Assembly: GCA_963817915.1 (NCBI GenBank)
Contig: CAWFQL010000009.1
Coordinates: 64,001 to 128,000 of the forward strand
DNA length: 64,000 bases
Source: an uncultured candidate division Zixibacteria bacterium
Lineage (GTDB): Bacteria; Zixibacteria; MSB-5A5; UBA10806
Reading direction: 5' to 3'
Shown here: piece after piece, positions 58,333-64,000 of the stretch
Numbering within the stretch: the first letter of the stretch is position 1
Layout: each line of letters starts with the position of its first letter
Position numbers and translations under genes: made by a program
Notes under the pieces: generated by a model
The model's database searches: none
The model's input: only the letters and a program-made list of their open reading frames with translations
Told to the model about the DNA's origin: nothing

Positions 58333-58424
58333 GCGACAGAGGACGTGATATCAATACACCTCATGTAGCCGCTAAGTTGGATTAGAGATTGTGAAAAAAG
58401 TAACTCAAGGCAGATGATAGAAAA

Positions 58425-58781
58425 ATGTTCGACACCTTTTTCCCGATAGCAGTATTGTTTACATTCGCATTAGTAGTAGTACTAATTATGGTATATCTGC
58501 CAGAATTTTTGGCATCCAAAACCAAAAGCAGGCGCAAGGCTGCCCCCTATGAATGCGGCATTCTGCCCGAGTCTGATGCGAGAGAACGTTTCCCGGTTAA
58601 ATTCTATATGATCGCTATTCTTTTTATCATATTCGATCTCGAAATAGTCTTTCTATATCCCTGGGCACTAATCATGCGGAAGCTCAAGATGTTCGCGTTT
58701 CTGGAAATGCTTATTTTTATGGGGATTTTGCTTGTGGGATATCTCTATGTTATCCGTAAAGGAGTTCTAAAATGGGAATAG
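58425..58781 (+). CDS. nuoA: NADH-quinone oxidoreductase subunit A
   Basis: [27 protein letters not shown]. Confidence 0.96.
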   Translation: MFDTFFPIAVLFTFALVVVLIMVYLPEFLASKTKSRRKAAPYECGILPESDARERFPVKFYMIAILFIIFDLEIVFLYPWALIMRKLKMFAFLEMLIFMGILLVGYLYVIRKGVLKWE

Positions 58782-59251
58782 AGAAGTATTTGCCTGATGG
58801 CATTATCCTAACCACAGTTGAAAAAGCTGTAAACTGGTCGCGAAAATCATCGTTGTGGCCGCTCGGATTCGGGCTTGCCTGCTGCGCGATCGAGATGATG
58901 TCGACCTTCATGTCTCGTTACGATTTAGCGCGCTTCGGAATGGAAGTCATGAGACCGTCGCCGAGGCAGGCTGACTTGATGATAGTATCAGGCAGATTGT
59001 CAGTTCGAATGGCTCCAATTATCAGGCAGCTTTATGATCAAATGCCAAATCCGAAGTATGTCATTTCCATGGGCGCATGCGCTTCATCCGGCGGCATATT
59101 CAATAATTACGCTATTGTCCAGGGCGTCGATCGTGTCATTCCGGTAGATGTTTATGTACCCGGATGTCCTCCGAGACCGGAACAGCTTATCGATGGGATC
59201 ATGAAACTTCGTGCCAAAATCGACAGTGAGCATCTGAAAAGGGATATTTAG
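58772..59251 (+). CDS. nuoB: NADH-quinone oxidoreductase subunit B
   Basis: [29 protein letters not shown]. Confidence 0.97.
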   Translation: MGIEKYLPDGIILTTVEKAVNWSRKSSLWPLGFGLACCAIEMMSTFMSRYDLARFGMEVMRPSPRQADLMIVSGRLSVRMAPIIRQLYDQMPNPKYVISMGACASSGGIFNNYAIVQGVDRVIPVDVYVPGCPPRPEQLIDGIMKLRAKIDSEHLKRDI

Positions 59252-59775
59252 TGGCTTCATATACAGAGGAAAAACTTAAAAAGGAATATTCCGGCAAGCT
59301 TTTGGATATCTTTACATTCCGTAATGATCTTAATGTTATCCTTAAACCTGAAGATATCACCGAGATATGTCGTTTCTTAAAGAACGATTCCGATTTAAAA
59401 TATAATTTTCTATCATGCATAACGGCGGCCGATTATCTCGATTTGCGCGATAAGCGGTTTGAAGTCATATATATTCTCTTTTCCATCGAAAATCATAATA
59501 GGATTATATTAAAAGTCAGAATTAATGAAAATGACGAAATCCCTTCATTGACTTCGCTCTGGAGCGCCGCCAATTGGCAGGAACGGGAAGCCTATGATAT
59601 GTTCGGCATCAAATTCGCCGGACATCCCAATTTGAAAAGAATACTGATGGATGAAGACTGGGTTGGTTATCCTCAAAGAAAAGATTTCCCGCTAACTTAC
59701 GAAGTGCCTCAGTTTTCTTATAATAAAGATGAAATTGATTCTCGTCCAAAATCGCCTTGGAGAGGTGATAAGTAA
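59251..59775 (+). CDS. nuoC: NADH-quinone oxidoreductase subunit C
   Basis: ANWQEREAYDMFGIKF.GHPNLKRIL, P.RKDFPL. Confidence 0.96.
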   Translation: MASYTEEKLKKEYSGKLLDIFTFRNDLNVILKPEDITEICRFLKNDSDLKYNFLSCITAADYLDLRDKRFEVIYILFSIENHNRIILKVRINENDEIPSLTSLWSAANWQEREAYDMFGIKFAGHPNLKRILMDEDWVGYPQRKDFPLTYEVPQFSYNKDEIDSRPKSPWRGDK

Positions 59776-60947
59776 TGCCTGTGCGAAAGACAATGGTTCT
59801 CAATATGGGGCCTCAGCATCCCGCCACTCATGGTGTTCTTAGAGTGAAGCTTGAGCTCGACGGGGAGACTATTGTCAACGCCGAACCAATCATTGGCTAT
59901 CTTCATACGGGCATAGAGAAAAACATGGAGGCCAAGACATACACTCAGGCGCTTACCATGACAGACCGCATGGACTATCTCGCGCCCATGTCTAATAACT
60001 TGGTGTATGTCGGCGCGGTAGAGAAACTGATGCAGGTTGAAGTTCCTCCGCGGGCTGAGTATGTAAGAGTAATTCTGACCGAACTTACTCGTTTGAATTC
60101 ACATCTGGTTTGGCTCGGTACTCATGCTCTGGATATCGGCGCCATGTCGATGGCATTATACTGCTTCCGTGAGCGAGAGAAAATTACGCAAATGTACGAA
60201 TTCGTTTCTGGTGTTAGGATGATGTCGTCGTATTTTCGAGTAGGCGGTTTGGCACAGGATGTGCCCGCCGGATTCGATAAGAGAGTATATGATATTTTAA
60301 ATGTATTTCCGGCCAAGATAGACGAATATGAAGGGCTACTTACTGAAAACAAAATCTGGCGCATGCGCACAATCGGTGTCGGCACAATCTCCAAGGAAGA
60401 CGCCATCGATATAGGCTTATCAGGTCCAGCGCTTCGAGCATGCGGTGTCGCCTGGGATCTGCGCAAATCAAATCCTTATTCGTATTATGATAAATTCCAA
60501 TTTGATATCCCGACTGCCCAGAACGGCGATGTTTTCGATAGATACATGGTGCGTGTAGAGGAGATGCGGCAAGCTCTGCGCATTATACGTCAAGCGATTG
60601 ATGGATTGCCGACCGGGCCATATATTACCGCCGACCGCAAGATCGCCCCGCCGCCCAAAGCTGAAGTACTCAAAGGCATGGAACAACTCATTCATCATTT
60701 CAAGCTTGTCGTTCATGGTTTCCAGCCTCCGCCCGGTGATGTATATTTTGCGATTGAATCACCAAAAGGTGAGATCGGCTGTTACCTTGTTTCCGATGGT
60801 TCTAAAAAACCTTATCGAGTCCATTTCAGGCCGCCGTCATTTGTTAATATTTCGGCTTTGCCCAAATTGGTGATCGGCCGCATGGTGGCCGATGTTATCG
60901 CGTGTATCGGATCAATAGATATTGTATTGGGCGAAGTAGATAGGTAG
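59775..60947 (+). CDS. nuoD: NADH-quinone oxidoreductase subunit D
   Basis: NMGPQHPATHGVLR, IGYLHTG, DRMDY, ESPKGE, DIVLGEVDR. Confidence 0.97.
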   Translation: MPVRKTMVLNMGPQHPATHGVLRVKLELDGETIVNAEPIIGYLHTGIEKNMEAKTYTQALTMTDRMDYLAPMSNNLVYVGAVEKLMQVEVPPRAEYVRVILTELTRLNSHLVWLGTHALDIGAMSMALYCFREREKITQMYEFVSGVRMMSSYFRVGGLAQDVPAGFDKRVYDILNVFPAKIDEYEGLLTENKIWRMRTIGVGTISKEDAIDIGLSGPALRACGVAWDLRKSNPYSYYDKFQFDIPTAQNGDVFDRYMVRVEEMRQALRIIRQAIDGLPTGPYITADRKIAPPPKAEVLKGMEQLIHHFKLVVHGFQPPPGDVYFAIESPKGEIGCYLVSDGSKKPYRVHFRPPSFVNISALPKLVIGRMVADVIACIGSIDIVLGEVDR

Positions 60948-60962
60948 TTGTGAGGCAATAAA

Positions 60963-61466
60963 TTGGAAAAGACATCTAAACAAATACTTTCGGCTGATTC
61001 GATTCGCGAAATAAAGCGGCTGAAGACTGTCTATCCCGAAAAGAAATCCGCGATTTTGATGATATTGCATGTTATTCATCGACAATTCGGATTTATCGAA
61101 AAAACAGCCCTTGTCGAAGCCGCCGAAATTATGGAATTGCCGATAATCGATTTTGAGCAGTCTGCCAGTTTTTATACATATTTCCCGTCTGGTAAAACGG
61201 GTAAATATCATATTCAAGTCTGCCGGACTCTGTCATGCTACCTGCGTGGCGCGGAAGAAGTGAAGACATATCTCAAGGAATTATTGAAGATAAAAAATAA
61301 TGAGACTACAGAAGACGGCCTTTTCTCATTAACCGAAGTCGAATGTCTGGGCTCATGCGGCACCGCTCCTGTTATTCAGATCAATGACGATTATTACGAG
61401 AATTTGACACGGGAACGAGTGGATGAAATTATTAATGATTTGAGGAATAAGTCCAAAAATGGTTGA
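60963..61466 (+). CDS. nuoE: NADH-quinone oxidoreductase subunit E
   Basis: SFYTYF, VCRTLSC, VECLGSC..AP. Confidence 0.95.
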   Translation: MEKTSKQILSADSIREIKRLKTVYPEKKSAILMILHVIHRQFGFIEKTALVEAAEIMELPIIDFEQSASFYTYFPSGKTGKYHIQVCRTLSCYLRGAEEVKTYLKELLKIKNNETTEDGLFSLTEVECLGSCGTAPVIQINDDYYENLTRERVDEIINDLRNKSKNG

Positions 61467-62745
61467 GTTCGAAAAAATACTCTTTAAAAATATCGATCAG
61501 CCCGGACAGGATAATATCGATACCTATATCAAAAACGGCGGTTATACCGCTTTTGAAAAAGCTATTAAGACCATGACTCCCGAAGAGGTCACCGATGTCG
61601 TTCTTAAATCAGGATTGCGCGGACGGGGTGGGGCCGGTTTCCCAACAGGCAGAAAATGGACGTTTCTTCCCAAAGGTGTTAACAAGCCGGTTTATCTTTG
61701 TGTCAATGCCGACGAATCCGAGCCGGGGACGTTCAAGGATCGCGAGTTGATGGAAAAAGACCCGCATATGGTAGTTGAAGGTACCTTGATATCCGCCTAT
61801 GCCATCAAATGCAAAATTGCATTCATATATATTAGAGGCGAGTTTGTTTACGCCTCGCGCCAACTTGAAAAAGCTATCGCTGAAGCCCGCGCCAAGGGAT
61901 TAATAGGAAAGAATATTTTCGGCAAGGGGATTGATATCGAAGTCGTAGTTCATCGCGGAGGCGGAGCCTATATATGCGGAGAGGAAACAGCCCTTTTGAC
62001 TTCACTTGAAGGCGGTATGGGCTATCCAAGAATTAAGCCGCCATTCCCGGCCGTATCCGGTCTTTATGGCTGTCCCACGATTATCAATAACGTCGAAACG
62101 CTTTCTAATATCCCGCATATAGTAAATAAGGGCGCCGAATGGTTTTCAAAGATTGGAACGCCAAAATCCTCAGGCTCGAAAATATTCTGTCTTTCGGGGC
62201 ATGTCGCTCGTCCTGGCAATTATGAATTGCCTATGGGTGTCCCGCTTCGCGAGCTTCTATATGAGTATGGCGGCGGAGTTAAAAATGACCGCAATCTGAA
62301 AGCGGTAATCCCCGGCGGTTCATCAGTGCCGGTCCTGACTGCTGATAAAATTGATGTTCACATGGATTTCGAATCGTTGGCTGAAGCGGGCACCATGTTG
62401 GGTTCTGCGGGAGTGATTGTAATAGATGATTCAGTCTGCATGGTCAAAGTTGCCTATAATTTAGCTCGTTTTTATCAGCACGAATCGTGCGGACAATGCA
62501 CTCCATGCAGACAAGGCACATATTGGGCGTTGGCGATTTTGCATCGCTTAGAGCATGGCACCGGAACAATGGAAGATATAGATACCCTATTGGATATTTG
62601 CAGCAACATAGAGGGTAACACGATCTGCCCGCTTGGCGATGCCGCAGTTCCCCCAATCCGTTCTACTATTATGAATTTTAGAGATGAATATGAGTACCAT
62701 GTTACTCATAAAAAATGCAAGACAAGTATGGGAGCGAGATTCTAA
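61459..62745 (+). CDS. nuoF: NADH-quinone oxidoreductase subunit F
   Basis: GLRGRGGAGFPTG.KW, NADESEPGTFKDR, YICGEETAL, ESCGQCTPCR, TICPLGD. Confidence 0.97.
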   Translation: MVEFEKILFKNIDQPGQDNIDTYIKNGGYTAFEKAIKTMTPEEVTDVVLKSGLRGRGGAGFPTGRKWTFLPKGVNKPVYLCVNADESEPGTFKDRELMEKDPHMVVEGTLISAYAIKCKIAFIYIRGEFVYASRQLEKAIAEARAKGLIGKNIFGKGIDIEVVVHRGGGAYICGEETALLTSLEGGMGYPRIKPPFPAVSGLYGCPTIINNVETLSNIPHIVNKGAEWFSKIGTPKSSGSKIFCLSGHVARPGNYELPMGVPLRELLYEYGGGVKNDRNLKAVIPGGSSVPVLTADKIDVHMDFESLAEAGTMLGSAGVIVIDDSVCMVKVAYNLARFYQHESCGQCTPCRQGTYWALAILHRLEHGTGTMEDIDTLLDICSNIEGNTICPLGDAAVPPIRSTIMNFRDEYEYHVTHKKCKTSMGARF

Positions 62746-62749
62746 TAAA

Positions 62750-64000
62750 ATGCCAGATAACGGCAAAATAACCGTCACAATCGATGGTCGCACTATCGAG
62801 GTAAATCCGGGAACATTGATTCTGGAAGCGGCCAAGCAGCTTGGAATCGATATACCGGTTTTCTGCTACGATGAAAGATTGCGGCCGGTCGGAGCCTGCA
62901 GGATGTGCCTGGTCGAAGTGGAAAAATCGCCCAAATTAATCGCGTCATGCTCTACACCTGTCGCCCCCAATATGGTCGTGCATACCGATTCCCAAAAGGT
63001 AATTAAAGCCCGCAAAGGCGTGCTGGAGTTTCTGCTGATTAATCATCCATTGGATTGTCCCACATGCGATAAGGGTGGTGAATGTCCCTTGCAGGATATG
63101 ACATACGGTTATGGCCCCGCTACGAGTCGATACAAAGAGAAAAAGATAAGATTTATTGATGACATAAATCAGAAATTCGACGATATCCCTCTTGGCCCCG
63201 AGATACTGCTTTGCAGAAATCGATGCATAATGTGCTTTAAGTGTATTAGAATTGTACGGGAGCTGGCAGGGGAGGCCGATCTTGGAGTCTTCCAAAGAGG
63301 TGCGTTTGCCAATATTAATGTCCTCGACGAAGTGAAATTTGCCGACGAATTTTCCGGTAATACTGTCGAGTATTGTCCGGTCGGAGCGTTAACCTCTCGA
63401 TCATTCAGATATAAAATCCGAAACTGGCTATTGAAGAAAAGCCCCTCGGTTTGTAATCTCTGTTCCGATGGCTGTAATATCAGCGCTGAAGGATCGTACG
63501 GACAGATTTTCCGTAATATGTCGAGGAAAAATCCGCTGGTCGATGATGGTTGGTTGTGCGATAGGGGACGGTACAGTTTCGATATTTCAAGATCGGAAGA
63601 CAGAATATTATTGCCTCAGATTCGCCGCAATGGATCACTCAAGACTTGCGGTTGGGATGAAGCGATTGCTGTGATGTCCAAGCATCTGGGAAAGATTATT
63701 AATGAAAATAGGGGCTCTGAAGTCGCGGTTGTAGGCTCTCCATTACTCTCAAATGAAGAAGCATATGTCATCAGGCAATTTACGTCCAATGTCATCAAAT
63801 CACCCAATATAGATTTCCAGACCGAATTTTCGAAACCATTGGAACCGGAAATGCTGGATCTAATCGGCCTCGACGGTACCATTGCTGATACTGAAAATGA
63901 TTCCATTTATATTTTTGTGGGATGCGATCCTGCAATCGAGCATCCGGTTTTATCATTGAGATTCAAAAAGATGATCGCCCAGAAAAAAGCCAGGGCGATA
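62750..64000 (+). CDS. nuoG: NADH-quinone oxidoreductase subunit G (3'-partial, not in ORF track)
   Basis: Hand translation from ATG 62750: IPVFCYD..L.PVGACRMCLVE, IASC, NHPLDCPTCDKGGECPLQD, RCIMCFKC, CPVGAL, CNLCSDGC...WLCDRGRY. Confidence 0.95.
   Translation, partial: MPDNGKITVTIDGRTIEVNPGTLILEAAKQLGIDIPVFCYDERLRPVGACRMCLVEVEKSPKLIASCSTPVAPNMVVHTDSQKVIKARKGVLEFLLINHPLDCPTCDKGGECPLQDMTYGYGPATSRYKEKKIRFIDDINQKFDDIPLGPEILLCRNRCIMCFKCIRIVRELAGEADLGVFQRGAFANINVLDEVKFADEFSGNTVEYCPVGALTSRSFRYKIRNWLLKKSPSVCNLCSDGCNISAEGSYGQIFRNMSRKNPLVDDGWLCDRGRYSFDISRSEDRILLPQIRRNGSLKTCGWDEAIAVMSKHLGKIINENRGSEVAVVGSPLLSNEEAYVIRQFTSNVIKSPNIDFQTEFSKPLEPEMLDLIGLDGTIADTENDSIYIFVGCDPAIEHPVLSLRFKKMIAQKKARAI

Noticed and set aside
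4359..63906. The many 60-170 aa ORFs antisense or out of frame within long genes
   Set aside because: Shadow ORFs of well-supported genes with no motifs. The only exceptions are fragments used to rebuild frameshifted genes.
1..64000. Prophage, IS, integron, retron/DGR, rRNA or tRNA genes
   Set aside because: No integrase, transposase, reverse transcriptase, phage structural gene or recognisable stable-RNA sequence was seen, and intergenic gaps are short.

Overview
A 64-kb stretch of ordinary bacterial chromosome from a diderm, LPS-making organism. Two secreted proteins end in a PNPFN-type C-terminal sorting domain, which together with the gene content suggests the FCB supergroup, possibly Zixibacteria (inference). 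In order it holds: an M6 metalloprotease; an ECF sigma / zinc anti-sigma / TonB locus; a giant acyl-CoA dehydratase activase-like fusion; a ccmABCDEF operon of the System I* type; a REP-rich intergenic region; lepB; efp-rnhC-eIF2B-like-amrS-spermidine-synthase-like-ctpA; a divergent moeA; rhodanese/DoxX; an HNH nuclease; trpS-scpA-(protease)-scpB-rluB-cmk-plsC-rpsA; an LPS core/msbA cluster running into rel, pgeF, two beta-barrels, uppP and waaF; a second amrS; an aminotransferase, ROK kinase, MFS pump, archaemetzincin, SRPBCC protein, DUF1998 helicase, PAP2 protein and mtaB; and nuoA-G (cut by the window edge). About nine genes are split, almost always by apparent single-base insertions, which looks like uncorrected long-read error rather than biology. 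I found no tRNA, rRNA, CRISPR array, transposase or prophage. The best novelty candidates, all hypotheses needing computation: (i) a twin-arginine-signal radical SAM enzyme coupled to a degenerate membrane spermidine-synthase-like protein; (ii) a stand-alone MoeA with eroded catalytic motifs behind a four-way-junction leader RNA; (iii) a probable anti-sigma-TonB fusion; (iv) an EF-P with a non-canonical tip loop; (v) nested REP elements and a 34-bp direct-repeat structure.
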